Assembly: GCA_041690295.1 (NCBI GenBank)
Contig: JAWLHR010000005.1
Coordinates: forward strand, 1 to 64,000
Length of the DNA: 64,000 nt
Source of the DNA: Bdellovibrionales bacterium
Lineage (GTDB): Bacteria > Bdellovibrionota > Bdellovibrionia > Bdellovibrionales > UBA1609
Reading direction: 5' to 3'
Shown here: piece after piece, positions 1 through 8,872 of the stretch
Layout: every line of letters starts with the position of its first letter
Numbering within the stretch: position 1 is the stretch's first letter
Made by a program: the position numbers and the translations under genes
The notes under the pieces: generated by a model
Database searches by the model: none
What the model saw: only the letters and a program-made list of their open reading frames with translations
What the model was told of the DNA's origin: nothing

Positions 1-98
1 AGTTTGAAGTAGAAAACGAAGAAAAAAAGAAAAACGGAAAGCCCCGGCCGATTGTCAAACTCTAGGCAACTTCTGTCCAGTCAAACAACCGCACTCCA

Positions 99-386
99 AT
101 AAATCCAAAAGGAATGATGCCAAGGCGAACTAAGGTTCAATTTGGTGATCGAGTGTATTTACAAACTTGGGAATGGTCCGAGGATGCCAAGTTTTACGAT
201 ATGAATCTTTTTGTTCTAAAGAACACGGGAGAAGACTGGAGAGCCAAGCCGATCACCACTCGAATGAGGGTGTACAAACGGGCAGAAGTTATCAAAGCAT
301 TGCAAGAGGCCGGTTTACGCGATGTAGAGTGGTATTTGCCCAATGACTTCGGTTATTATCAATCCATTGTGAATGCAAAAGGTTAG
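99..386 (+). pseudogene. C-terminal fragment of a class I SAM-dependent methyltransferase (5' part missing)
   Basis: Translation (PKGMMPRR...RVYLQTWEWS...EAGLRDVEW...YYQSIV) resembles methyltransferase C-termini; in-frame TAG at 63-65 and no SAM-binding N-terminus upstream. Confidence 0.5.
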
Positions 387-404
387 GTTGGAGTTGATTT
401 TAAG

Positions 405-1275
405 ATGACCAATTCAACAAACGTCAGATTGAAAGTTTATGATGATCCGAAAGAATTTTGGGATGAAGTATCACCTTCTTTAAAAGCGGAAGAAGCAAAG
501 AACAGCCTTTGTTTGGGCCGTGCTTACGTCTTTCGGTCGAATCCTGAGGGCTGTCTTTACCAAAGTGCCATTTTTGACGGTGACAATTTATTGGGAGCCA
601 TCGTTGTTAGCCGCTACCGAACAAATGCCAATTTTCTGCCCGCGCCAGTTACGAATCCAGAACATGCGCGAAAATTATTCGAAAGCTTTCAGAAATCCCG
701 TATCGCAATTACTGGCATTGTCGGTGATCTGGAGACCGCGAAAACGTACCAAAAACTTCTGGAAGAACATGGTTTTAGAACAAAGGTTCACATGAGGCAG
801 GGCATATAGTTGCCGACGAGTCATCCACCCCAAGGTGCCCGCGAATATTCACTTTCGAAAAGCAGAGCTACGTGATGTACCGACAATCGGCGAATGGATC
901 GAAGCCTTTCATGAGGAGGCCACGCCCCATGATCCACCGGTTAACGGAATCGAGCTGGCCGAAGCCAAAATTAAAAATAATATGGTTTTCGTGCTTGAAC
1001 GGAATGGGGTTCTTGTTTCAATGAGCTGCTGGACCAGGGACATTGAGACGAGTTGCTGCGTTAACCTGGTTTATACGCCAAAGGCTTTACGAAAACAGGG
1101 CTTTGCAAGCATAGCGACGGCGAAATTGACCCAACTCCTTCTCGATAGCGGCAAAAGCGAAACGAATCTATACACCGATATGGCGAATCCGACTTCCAAT
1201 AAAATTTATCAGGAAATCGGGTATGAATTCGTCTGCGATTCAATCCACTGCGGAGTCAACGGGCCTAGTCATTAG
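405..1275 (+). pseudogene. GNAT-family N-acetyltransferase split by a frameshift at about 804-810
   Basis: ORFs 405-809 and 835-1275 are two halves in different frames; the second frame is open across the junction (AGT TGC CGA... from 808); acetyl-CoA motif VYTPKALRKQGFA and NPTSNKIYQEIGY in the second half. Confidence 0.75.
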
Positions 1276-1324
1276 TCCAGAGCCGTCTACACACGTGAAT
1301 TAAGACAATGTTACCTTTTTTAAA

Positions 1325-1957
1325 GTGCTTAAGCTGACGACGGCCAATTCCTTGTTCCTGTTCAAAGTTGCTATAGCGATTGTTCTGATGACGTTCGTCG
1401 GACTCCCGCGGGCGCTACATGCCAAATCAGGACCCTTTTATGCCGACTTTTCCGCGGGAACGGGTTTTGTCAGTGACTCAACGACATCGGACCTTGCCGT
1501 CGAAGACAAACCCTCTCTCTTTCAACATTCGATCGGGGCGAGTTTCGGGTTGCGACTGACAAAAAATATCTTCGCCGGCGTGACCACGGATTTCCGGTGG
1601 ATCAATCAAACCAGTGATGTCAAAGAGGGAATCGGTAACCGTTCAGGAAGTCGGTTCAATTACGCATCACTTTTGCTGGGATTGGACGTTTCTCCGATCA
1701 TTTTCAAACTCGACATACAGTTTGTTGGCGACTACATCTACAAGAAGAGAACGGTATATGGGGAGGAAGTTAAATACACCGCCCATAATGGCGTTAGATT
1801 ATCAGCTCTTTATAAAATTTGGGGCCGAATGCATGGCGGTGTGTGGTTTGAGACCATGCTCTTTAGCAAAGAAGAAATCGGTGAGGCTCCCGCGCGCGAA
1901 TTAGATCCGAAAAGAGAACTTGAAACCATAGGATTAATGATCAGCTATGTCCTTTAA
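1325..1957 (+). CDS. Putative outer-membrane beta-barrel protein
   Basis: Signal peptide, alternating amphipathic strands, C-terminal GLMISYVL; start codon uncertain. Confidence 0.55.
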   Translation: MLKLTTANSLFLFKVAIAIVLMTFVGLPRALHAKSGPFYADFSAGTGFVSDSTTSDLAVEDKPSLFQHSIGASFGLRLTKNIFAGVTTDFRWINQTSDVKEGIGNRSGSRFNYASLLLGLDVSPIIFKLDIQFVGDYIYKKRTVYGEEVKYTAHNGVRLSALYKIWGRMHGGVWFETMLFSKEEIGEAPARELDPKRELETIGLMISYVL

Positions 1958-3017
1958 ATACAATCTGAAAATTAAGTGCTCACTTTTTCTTTTATCCCTG
2001 ATTGTTGCCGGATGTGCGAAAAAGGACGGTGAGGCTTATCCGGTATGCCAGAAGGATGAGACGAAGGCCGCAAGAGGCTTTTCTCTTTCACCCTTTGGCT
2101 TTCCCCTGGATTTCTCAAAGATTTACGAATTCTTTAGTGAGGCTTCAACATTTCAAAACGGCGCCGTGATGTGGAACGGAAACTGGCGCGACAGTCTGGC
2201 AGAGAGCGGTGAAATTCCAGCCGCCGCGGCGGCCATAGAATCCGTCAAGAACTATTGTTTTACACCTTATGCCGTCTTCGGATGGAAGAGCGGAACCACA
2301 CTGTTCTTGGACCATCCCGATAATGCCACCAATAATTGGACAAACATCAATACACGCGCGGCCATGAAGAATATGTTGGTGGCCTATGTAACCACCTATA
2401 AGCCCAAGTTCATCTTTCTCGGAAATGAAACCGACTTTTTCTATGAAGCTTACCAAGCGGACTATGCCAATTGGCTGACGTTTTATAATGATGCTTACGA
2501 CGCCATCAGAGCCGCATCGCCGTCCACATTGGTGGGACCGGTTTTTAATTTCGAGCATATCGCCGGCCAAGGAACCCTAACTGGTTGGACAACCGCCTAC
2601 TGGGGCGCTTTAACAGATCATGATTTCACCCGAGTGGATGTCGTGGGTGTTACTGTGTATCCGTTCTTTGAACACGCCAATGCTGCTGACGTCCCGGTGG
2701 ATTACCTGCAACCTCTTATTGATCGAATTGCCGGAAAGCCGATCGCGATCACTGAGACAGGGTGGCCCGCCGAATCTTTAGGTGGATTCGCGCCCGGCTG
2801 GACCATGTCGGAGGCGGAGCAAGTGACATATATCTCCCGCATGTCGGCGTTCTTAAGCGGCCATGACGTTCGGATTTTGAACTGGCTTAATCTCAACCAA
2901 ATGGTCGACTATTGCAGCTCTTGTGATGCGTGGAAGATCTTTGGTAGTGTGAGCCTCAAAGACGCTGACGGTAAGGCCCGCCCGGCGCGCGCCGCATGGA
3001 AAAATCTTTCGCTCTAG
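1947..3017 (+). CDS. Lipoprotein, glycoside hydrolase-like TIM barrel (clan GH-A type)
   Basis: Lipobox IVAGC; LGNE acid/base-like motif and ITETGW nucleophile-like motif. Confidence 0.7.
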   Translation: MSFKYNLKIKCSLFLLSLIVAGCAKKDGEAYPVCQKDETKAARGFSLSPFGFPLDFSKIYEFFSEASTFQNGAVMWNGNWRDSLAESGEIPAAAAAIESVKNYCFTPYAVFGWKSGTTLFLDHPDNATNNWTNINTRAAMKNMLVAYVTTYKPKFIFLGNETDFFYEAYQADYANWLTFYNDAYDAIRAASPSTLVGPVFNFEHIAGQGTLTGWTTAYWGALTDHDFTRVDVVGVTVYPFFEHANAADVPVDYLQPLIDRIAGKPIAITETGWPAESLGGFAPGWTMSEAEQVTYISRMSAFLSGHDVRILNWLNLNQMVDYCSSCDAWKIFGSVSLKDADGKARPARAAWKNLSL

Positions 3018-3071
3018 AGGCCTTGACAAGAGAACAACGGGTTGTGAGAAGTTGAATTTTTGGAGTGAGAC

Positions 3072-3428
3072 ATGACCTTAAATCACGTTCATTTGGGAAC
3101 AAAAAATATCCACGCGATCAGAAAGTTTTACGAAACGTACTTTGGCTTTTCCAAAAAGTTCGATCACGGTGAAGGTGTCTTTCTGGTCGACAAAAAGGGA
3201 TTTTTAATCGCCATAGACCCGGTGAATGAACTTCCGAAGTTTCCGGAGTGGTACCATCTGGGATTTTGCCTAGATAGTGCCAAAGAGGTTTTCGAGATTT
3301 ATGAAAAGATGAAGGCGAACAATGAGAATATCGTTCGTGACATGTTAACCTCAGAGAATGAGTTTGCCTCCTTCTTTGTAAAAGACCCTGACGGAAATAA
3401 GATCGAAGTCAGTTGGCATAACGAATAA
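3072..3428 (+). CDS. VOC/glyoxalase family protein
   Basis: LNHVHL, FYETYFGF, HLGF, FFVKDPDGNKIEV motifs; GGAG RBS. Confidence 0.9.
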   Translation: MTLNHVHLGTKNIHAIRKFYETYFGFSKKFDHGEGVFLVDKKGFLIAIDPVNELPKFPEWYHLGFCLDSAKEVFEIYEKMKANNENIVRDMLTSENEFASFFVKDPDGNKIEVSWHNE

Positions 3429-3682
3429 GCCCGAGTTACTCGCCTATATCCAACCAGTATCGGCGGATAAGAATCTTCTGTTCAGGGTCGAAAGGCTTTG
3501 ATTCCAACACACCACCGAATTTTATCATCGAGCACCATTAATTTCCCGACCGTGCCCGGGCACGGTTATGGGGCGACTTGTAAGGCCCGCATGGATTCGT
3601 TGCTTGGCTGGGTGACAGAAAACTGGATTCGTGTGAAAAGAGCAAGAGAGCGTTTTGATAAAAAGAAGCAGGGGGGAAGGGA

Positions 3683-3946
3683 ATGAAGCTCAATCCGTTT
3701 GAAATTGGAAAAGTGGTCAGCAAAGCCATTAGGAACAAGGATCACTATAAGGCTCGATTTGAGGAGATCAAGGCGAGTCCACTTAAAGGACGGGCGGGTT
3801 CGGCCGTCGCTATATACGACATTGAAAAAAATAGAATTGCCCGGATCGAAGCCCCGGATGTACCCGCGGATATCCTTGACCAAATTAAAGACGCGGTGAA
3901 CGATGCGTTCGATCAGGCCGATAGGGTCTGGGCCGAGTGTGAATAA
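3683..3946 (+). CDS. Hypothetical protein
   Basis: 87-aa ORF with purine-rich RBS, co-oriented with neighbours. Confidence 0.55.
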   Translation: MKLNPFEIGKVVSKAIRNKDHYKARFEEIKASPLKGRAGSAVAIYDIEKNRIARIEAPDVPADILDQIKDAVNDAFDQADRVWAECE

Positions 3947-3955
3947 GAGATTTTG

Positions 3956-4174
3956 ATGCAGGTAAGGCGCGCCGACACCTTTCAAGATTTATATCGCCGG
4001 ATGTTTCAGGCCGTGCAAGCGGGCGAAAGGGCGCTTGCGGATCAGTTGCGCGAGCGAATGGAACGGCTACGTCTGGCGACGCACAATGTGCCGTCAGAAG
4101 TCTGGGGAGGATTTTTTTATGGCAAGATATGTCGATGGGTTTTTGATTCCAATCAAAAAGAAGAATGTGAGTAA
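3956..4174 (+). CDS. Small hypothetical protein with possible UVR-like helical motif
   Basis: LYRRMFQAVQAGERALADQLRERMERL resembles the UvrB/UvrC coiled-coil motif; 3' end overlaps the next gene. Confidence 0.3.
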   Translation: MQVRRADTFQDLYRRMFQAVQAGERALADQLRERMERLRLATHNVPSEVWGGFFYGKICRWVFDSNQKEECE

Positions 4175-4478
4175 GTACAAAAAACTGGCTGAGTGGGGAC
4201 GTCGATTGTGGATGAAGCACGGGGCTCTTCATTATTACGAATGCTTCATCGATGAATTCACCAATCATGGTTTAGGATTCAAAAAATTGTGCAAATTGAA
4301 GCGCGATGAAACCGCGATCTTCGCCTTTATAGTTTATAAATCAAAGGCCCATCGCAACCGTGTGAACAAAAAAGTCATAAGTGAAATGGATAAAGACGCG
4401 GGTAAGATTATTAAGATGCCCTTTGAAATGAAACGCTTCTCAATGGCGGGGTGTAAGGTTCTTGTAAGCTCGAAGTAA
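4119..4478 (+). CDS. DUF1428 (YbaA-like) protein
   Basis: MARYVDGFLIPI...WMKHGAL...F+VYKSKAHR..VN...MPFEMKR; GGAGG RBS at 4106-4110. Confidence 0.88.
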   Translation: MARYVDGFLIPIKKKNVSKYKKLAEWGRRLWMKHGALHYYECFIDEFTNHGLGFKKLCKLKRDETAIFAFIVYKSKAHRNRVNKKVISEMDKDAGKIIKMPFEMKRFSMAGCKVLVSSK

Positions 4479-4508
4479 ACGATTTTACCCTGGTTCAGGG
4501 AGGCTCAC

Positions 4509-4889
4509 GTGAAATTAGATATCCTTGTTGTGGGATGTAGCGGTTTTGTTGGGTCGATTTGCCGTTACTTGGTTTATGTGGGGTTTGGATCTCGAAATCT
4601 GACGACCTTTCCGTGGGCCACATTTGTCGTCAATGTGGTTGGCTGTTTTTTAATTGGCATCGTTGGAACTCTTCTTGAACGCTCAGTTCCGCACGGCCGT
4701 CATCTTTATTTGATAGGCTCTGTTGGATTTTTAGGTGCGTTTACGACCTTTTCAGCATTTGGATTTGAGACAATAACGTTGATGCGGAATCAACAAATGA
4801 GCTTGGCCTTGTTAAACGTTGGTGCAAATGTTGCCGCCGGACTTGCGGCGGTAGTAATAGGGCGTTATCTCGTCATTTCAATTTGGTAG
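4509..4889 (+). CDS. crcB: Fluoride efflux channel CrcB/Fluc
   Basis: FPWATFVVNVVGCFLIG and GFLGAFTTFSAF signature motifs; four TM helices. Confidence 0.95.
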   Translation: MKLDILVVGCSGFVGSICRYLVYVGFGSRNLTTFPWATFVVNVVGCFLIGIVGTLLERSVPHGRHLYLIGSVGFLGAFTTFSAFGFETITLMRNQQMSLALLNVGANVAAGLAAVVIGRYLVISIW

Positions 4890-4905
4890 CCAAATTGGAG
4901 CAGTC

Positions 4906-5373
4906 ATGAAAGAGATTCGTTTGATACCCATCGGCCAAGTGAAGTCGACGCGGAAAGAAGTTGAAGATGATAACTGGGACAAGGAATCGGTTCGCATTGA
5001 ATTGGACGCTGACCAATTCAATGATGAAGCGTTGGCCGGCCTGGCTGACTTTTCCCATGTGGAAGTTTTGTTTTTCATGGATAAGGTGGATCCGGGAAAA
5101 GTCGAAAAGGCAGCGCGGCATCCGCGCAATAATCCCGAGTGGCCCAAGGTGGGGATCTTCGCCCAGCGGGGAAAGAACAGACCCAATCAGATCGGAAGTA
5201 CGATTTGCAAAATCAAAGAGGTTAACGGAACTCATCTGCACGTTGAAGGATTGGATGCGGTCGATGGGACACCGGTGCTGGATATTAAGCCTTGGGTTAA
5301 AGAGTTCGGTCCCAGGGGGGAAATCAAACAACCCACCTGGATCACTGAGCTAATGCACGGCTATTGGGGCTAA
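4906..5373 (+). CDS. TsaA/TrmO-like (YaeB N-terminal) SAM-binding protein
   Basis: PIGQV, GIFAQRGKNRPNQIG, GLDAVDGTPVLDIKPW motifs; short single-domain form. Confidence 0.85.
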   Translation: MKEIRLIPIGQVKSTRKEVEDDNWDKESVRIELDADQFNDEALAGLADFSHVEVLFFMDKVDPGKVEKAARHPRNNPEWPKVGIFAQRGKNRPNQIGSTICKIKEVNGTHLHVEGLDAVDGTPVLDIKPWVKEFGPRGEIKQPTWITELMHGYWG

Positions 5374-5382
5374 CGCTCGCCC

Positions 5383-5799
5383 TCAGCTTTTAAACCACCT
5401 TTTGTGTTCAATGACGAGACAGCGATTGGAGACCACTTTTAAGCCGGCCTGTTCGGCTCTCAGTTCCGCTTCAGGATTTGAAATTCCCAACTGAAGCCAC
5501 ATCACTTCAACACCTCCAGCTTCAAGGATCTCATCCACCACTTCATTGATACGATCGGAGCGGCGAAAGACATCTATGAATTTACGGTACTCGGCCGGAA
5601 CCTCGGCGAGCGAGCCGTAGATTTGAAAACCGCCCACTTGATGCGGCTTCGGATATGTGCCGACCACTTCCCATCCGTGCTCCCGCATGTAGAGCGGCAC
5701 GTAATGGCTTGGTTTTTCAGGCTCGGGACTGAGGCCGTAAGCCGTAAACTTTTTATATTTCAGAAGTAAGTCTTTGATTTCTTCGTCTTTAACATTCAT
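5383..5799 (-). CDS. CoA-binding domain protein (YccU-like)
   Basis: GLSPEPEKPS, YGSLAEVP, DVFRRS, WLQLGI, NRCL.IEH motifs. Confidence 0.9.
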   Translation of the reverse strand: MNVKDEEIKDLLLKYKKFTAYGLSPEPEKPSHYVPLYMREHGWEVVGTYPKPHQVGGFQIYGSLAEVPAEYRKFIDVFRRSDRINEVVDEILEAGGVEVMWLQLGISNPEAELRAEQAGLKVVSNRCLVIEHKRWFKS

Positions 5800-5826
5800 T
5801 TTTAACTCCGAAACCGGAGCCCTAAT

Positions 5827-6177
5827 ATGAGCCAGTGGATCATCTATCACAACCCGCACTGCTCGAAGTCGCGTGAAGCTTTATCCATATTAAAAGAAAA
5901 AGGTATCGTACCCCGGGTCATCGAATACCTTAAAGAACCACCTGGTGAAGAGGACTTGCGATCCCTTATAGCGATGCTTTCGTCGGACCCGTCGACGTTA
6001 GTACGGGTGAAAGAAGACGCCTTCAAAGAAGCTCCCTTTGATCTGAAGTCGATTGACGCGATTGTTCGCAATCTGGCGCGAAACCCCAAACTGATCGAGC
6101 GCCCTATAGTTATTAAGGGAAAGACGGCGGTTGTCGCTCGGCCGGTTGAGCGGCTACAGGATCTTTTGAAGCAATAA
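5827..6177 (+). CDS. arsC: ArsC/Spx-family arsenate reductase (glutaredoxin type)
   Basis: IYHNPHCSKSR, EYLK, PKLIERPIV, ARP motifs. Confidence 0.85.
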   Translation: MSQWIIYHNPHCSKSREALSILKEKGIVPRVIEYLKEPPGEEDLRSLIAMLSSDPSTLVRVKEDAFKEAPFDLKSIDAIVRNLARNPKLIERPIVIKGKTAVVARPVERLQDLLKQ

Positions 6178-6287
6178 CCAAGACATATCGATTTTGAAGC
6201 AGTCTAAATCTTGATAAATTTCTGTCTGGAATTTCAGACGCCGTCACCGTAAAAGCCCGCTATTTTCGATTTGAGCCCGCCTAAAAT

Positions 6288-6303
6288 TGGCAGATTTCAT
6301 GCT
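6288..6303 (+). promoter_or_regulatory. Sigma-54 -24/-12 promoter of the peptide-modification cluster
   Basis: TGGCAGATTTCATGCT: GG-N10-GC; predicted +1 about 6314, upstream of RBS AAGGAG (6322-6327). Confidence 0.7.
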
Positions 6304-6333
6304 GTTGTGTCCGGAAAGGGAAAGGAGCAAAGC

Positions 6334-6456
6334 ATGAAAGCAAGTAAACGTCCTTTGGGTCGTACATCTTCCAACAACATGATTATTAAGCCTACGCGTA
6401 ATCCCATGCCTGTTGGAATGGAATTGCAACTTCAAAAGGTGTTGCAGGTTAACTAA
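6334..6456 (+). CDS. 40-aa small peptide, candidate RiPP precursor (MKASKRPLGRTSSNNMIIKPTRNPMPVGMELQLQKVLQVN)
   Basis: Strong RBS 6 nt before the ATG, sigma-54 motif upstream, hairpin just after the stop, tailoring enzymes downstream. Confidence 0.7.
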   Translation: MKASKRPLGRTSSNNMIIKPTRNPMPVGMELQLQKVLQVN

Positions 6457-6462
6457 TCCAAA

Positions 6463-6496
6463 CGGCCCCGCGGCCCTTCGCGGGGCCGATTCTTTC
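6463..6496 (+). terminator. GC-rich hairpin (leaky terminator or mRNA stabiliser) between peptide ORF and enzymes
   Basis: Perfect 10-bp stem CGGCCCCGCG (6463-6472) / CGCGGGGCCG (6479-6488), 6-nt loop, imperfect U-tract ATTCTTTC. Confidence 0.75.
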
Positions 6497-7666
6497 ATGA
6501 GTTTGGCTATGTATTACTCAAAGGCACCTTTTGAATATATAGGTAAAGATAGTCATATCGTGGGCGATCGTGTCTTCTGCGGTCAGTATTGGGATGACCT
6601 GTCCGTGGCTGGGTTGTTGTGCCCGTCCGGGGGCTCGATTCTGATGCTGGGTTTGGGGCGTGGCGCCGCGATTCGGTCGATACTGGCTGTGAACCCAAGT
6701 GCGAATGTGACCGCAGTTGATAGTTCCAGCGAAAGCATTTCGGCGACCAATCAAATTTTCCAGACGCACTTTCCAAGACTTAATTTTGAAACCGTTCGTG
6801 CGGATGCCCTTTCGTACTTGCAATCCGTAAGTCAAAAATTCGACGTCATTTTGGTCGATCTTTTTACCGAAACCGGCTACGTGGCCCTTGCGGCCGACAA
6901 TCTCTTCTTAAGATCGTTGTCTAACTCGGTGAATCCTGATGGCGTTGTGCTTTTTAACTCCTATGGATGTCCCGCCCACCTTGTTGATCGGTCGGAAACC
7001 AGTTTTGAAAACTACCTTGCCGCTCAAATCCAACGCCGTTTTGATTACTTGTTCGAGCTGCCGCACCGTAAAAATCGCACGTTATTGGCCTCTAATCGAA
7101 ATCCAATCCGTCAATTCACTCATATCGACAGTGAATTCCTTAACGAAGAAGACAAAATTTTCGCGAGGACAATCTCGTTCAGATTGCGGTACGTAAGCCA
7201 AGTTGAGCAGGCCAATTCAAAAATCCCAAGCGAACTGGATTTTCAATCGATGAACCGGTCGACAATGCGAAAGTGGGAAGACTTTTATCACAATGTGAAT
7301 GCCGTTCTACAGGATCTAGGGGAGCCCGGGCTGAACAAGCTCGGTGAGTTATTCGACCTGGTCCAAAATGAAGCTTTATCGCGTAAGCTTTTGTGCGAAA
7401 CTTTGAAATACGCGAATAATCCCATTGCCATTTTTTATCCCACGTTCATCGCCGCGGAATCGAACAATCATGATTTGAAGGTGGATTGGTTTATTCAGTG
7501 GTTCTTCGAGAATTCAGATCATCTGCGTTCACATCATTTTCGTCTTTATACCCATCACTTTCTTCCCCAGATCCTGGCCATGGTTCTTCAGCCAAGTGGT
7601 CGGTTCCGAAATGAAGACAATTTGAAAAACTTGGAGAGACTCAATGAAAAACATTGTCATTATTGA
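6497..7666 (+). CDS. Spermidine-synthase-like class I SAM-dependent transferase with a C-terminal domain of unknown function
   Basis: ILMLGLGRG motif I, VTAVD, ADALSYL, KFDVILVDLF, NPDGVVLFN; unexplained C-terminal half; start placed after the hairpin (6497 or 6509). Confidence 0.8.
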   Translation: MSLAMYYSKAPFEYIGKDSHIVGDRVFCGQYWDDLSVAGLLCPSGGSILMLGLGRGAAIRSILAVNPSANVTAVDSSSESISATNQIFQTHFPRLNFETVRADALSYLQSVSQKFDVILVDLFTETGYVALAADNLFLRSLSNSVNPDGVVLFNSYGCPAHLVDRSETSFENYLAAQIQRRFDYLFELPHRKNRTLLASNRNPIRQFTHIDSEFLNEEDKIFARTISFRLRYVSQVEQANSKIPSELDFQSMNRSTMRKWEDFYHNVNAVLQDLGEPGLNKLGELFDLVQNEALSRKLLCETLKYANNPIAIFYPTFIAAESNNHDLKVDWFIQWFFENSDHLRSHHFRLYTHHFLPQILAMVLQPSGRFRNEDNLKNLERLNEKHCHY

Positions 7667-8252
7667 TCAGTTTTATTCCGACCCACATGCCGTGCGTGAG
7701 TTGGCATTGAGCTGCGAATGGATCGATAGAAGCAATCTGCCGGATCGCTTTCCGGGAACCGAGTCGGAGCACTCGTTCTTTACTGATGCCGTGGTTCAGA
7801 AGATTGAGAAAGCCGTAGGGAAAAAGATTGAAGTGGATCCGGAGACCACAAGTTTCGGCGTTTTCGCGAGAGCTTCTGACGCTGATGCCGGCAAGAATCC
7901 GGTACACATCGACCATACGGAATGGGCGGGCGTGCTTTACCTCTCAAAGAACGAGCAAGGCGGTACGAATTTTTATTGCCATAAGCGCACCGGCCACCGC
8001 GAGGTGCCTGGCCTCGAAGAGCTTCATCGTTTGGACTTCAAGGACCGGGAAGATTATCGCCAAAAGGTTGTTGTGCCGGACCAGTACAACCCCGAGGCGT
8101 GGGAACTCGACGTCAAGGTGGGGATGAAATTCAACCGGATGGTCTTGTTTCGGGCGGGCCATTTGTTTCATGCGGCCGCCAACTATTATGGGCGCGACGA
8201 GGAAACCGAGCGCCTACTTCAGTTATTCTTTTTTAACACGCGGGAGAATTAA
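7644..8252 (+). CDS. 2OG-Fe(II) oxygenase-like protein, DUF6445 type (copy 1)
   Basis: IIDQFYSDPHAVRELAL, FPG, HID (HxD), W.GVLYL, GGTNFY.HK.TG, MKFNR, FH, RLLQLFFF. Confidence 0.8.
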   Translation: MKNIVIIDQFYSDPHAVRELALSCEWIDRSNLPDRFPGTESEHSFFTDAVVQKIEKAVGKKIEVDPETTSFGVFARASDADAGKNPVHIDHTEWAGVLYLSKNEQGGTNFYCHKRTGHREVPGLEELHRLDFKDREDYRQKVVVPDQYNPEAWELDVKVGMKFNRMVLFRAGHLFHAAANYYGRDEETERLLQLFFFNTREN

Positions 8253-8254
8253 AA

Positions 8255-8872
8255 ATGGAAAGTCTTATTGTCTATGACGGATTTTACAAGGACCCGGAAG
8301 CGGTTCGTGAGCTGGCCTTGAGTTTGGAATACGAAAATGTCATTGCGCGGAACTATCCCGGATTTCAATCTCGCTACTGCGTGACGAACGAGCAAGTGCA
8401 AAAGAAATTCGAAGAGATCATGAATCGGAAGCTTCATATTGTTCCCGAGGAAATGACGTTTGGAAACTTCCGGATTATGCTCAAAGACACAGGTTCGCGA
8501 ATTAAAGTTCACGTGGATGGCGGGCCGACATGGACCGCGCTCATCTATTTGAATCCCGACGATCAGTGTCAGGGCGGAACGGGTTTCTTTAGACATAAGA
8601 AAACGGGACGCATCGCGCTGCCTTCGGATGAGGAAGCTCGGGAGCTTGGATACGAGGACAGTGAAGATTATGAGAACAAAGTCATTGTTCCTGATAGCCT
8701 TGATGATAGTGCTTGGGAGATGATTGATTTCGTGTCCATGAAGTTTAACCGTTTCGTGGCTTTCAGGGGCGGTGAGTTCTTTCATGCTCACACTTGCTCG
8801 TTCGGCTCTGATTTTAAAACGGGCCGGTTGACGCAAAACTTTTTCTTTTGGAACGCGGATGACGTCAACTAA
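8255..8872 (+). CDS. 2OG-Fe(II) oxygenase-like protein, DUF6445 type (copy 2)
   Basis: VYDGFYKDPEAVRELAL, YPG, HVD (HxD), WTALIYL, GGTGFFRHKKTG, MKFNR, FH, RLTQNFFF. Confidence 0.8.
   Translation: MESLIVYDGFYKDPEAVRELALSLEYENVIARNYPGFQSRYCVTNEQVQKKFEEIMNRKLHIVPEEMTFGNFRIMLKDTGSRIKVHVDGGPTWTALIYLNPDDQCQGGTGFFRHKKTGRIALPSDEEARELGYEDSEDYENKVIVPDSLDDSAWEMIDFVSMKFNRFVAFRGGEFFHAHTCSFGSDFKTGRLTQNFFFWNADDVN

Noticed and set aside
3498..3686. 62-aa ORF overlapping the start of 3683
   Set aside because: TTG start without RBS and no recognisable motif; possibly a remnant
4479..4508. Fluoride riboswitch upstream of crcB
   Set aside because: Only 30 bp of intergenic sequence and no recognisable aptamer
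6202..6239. GTC-N8/10-GAY palindromes as enhancer sites for the peptide-cluster promoter (similar at about 12490, 20160, 36612)
   Set aside because: Spacing is inconsistent between copies and cannot be separated from chance without motif statistics
6413..6496. N-terminal extension of the transferase ORF (MEWNCNFKRCC...)
   Set aside because: It overlaps the peptide ORF and the hairpin; the start is more plausibly 6497 or 6509
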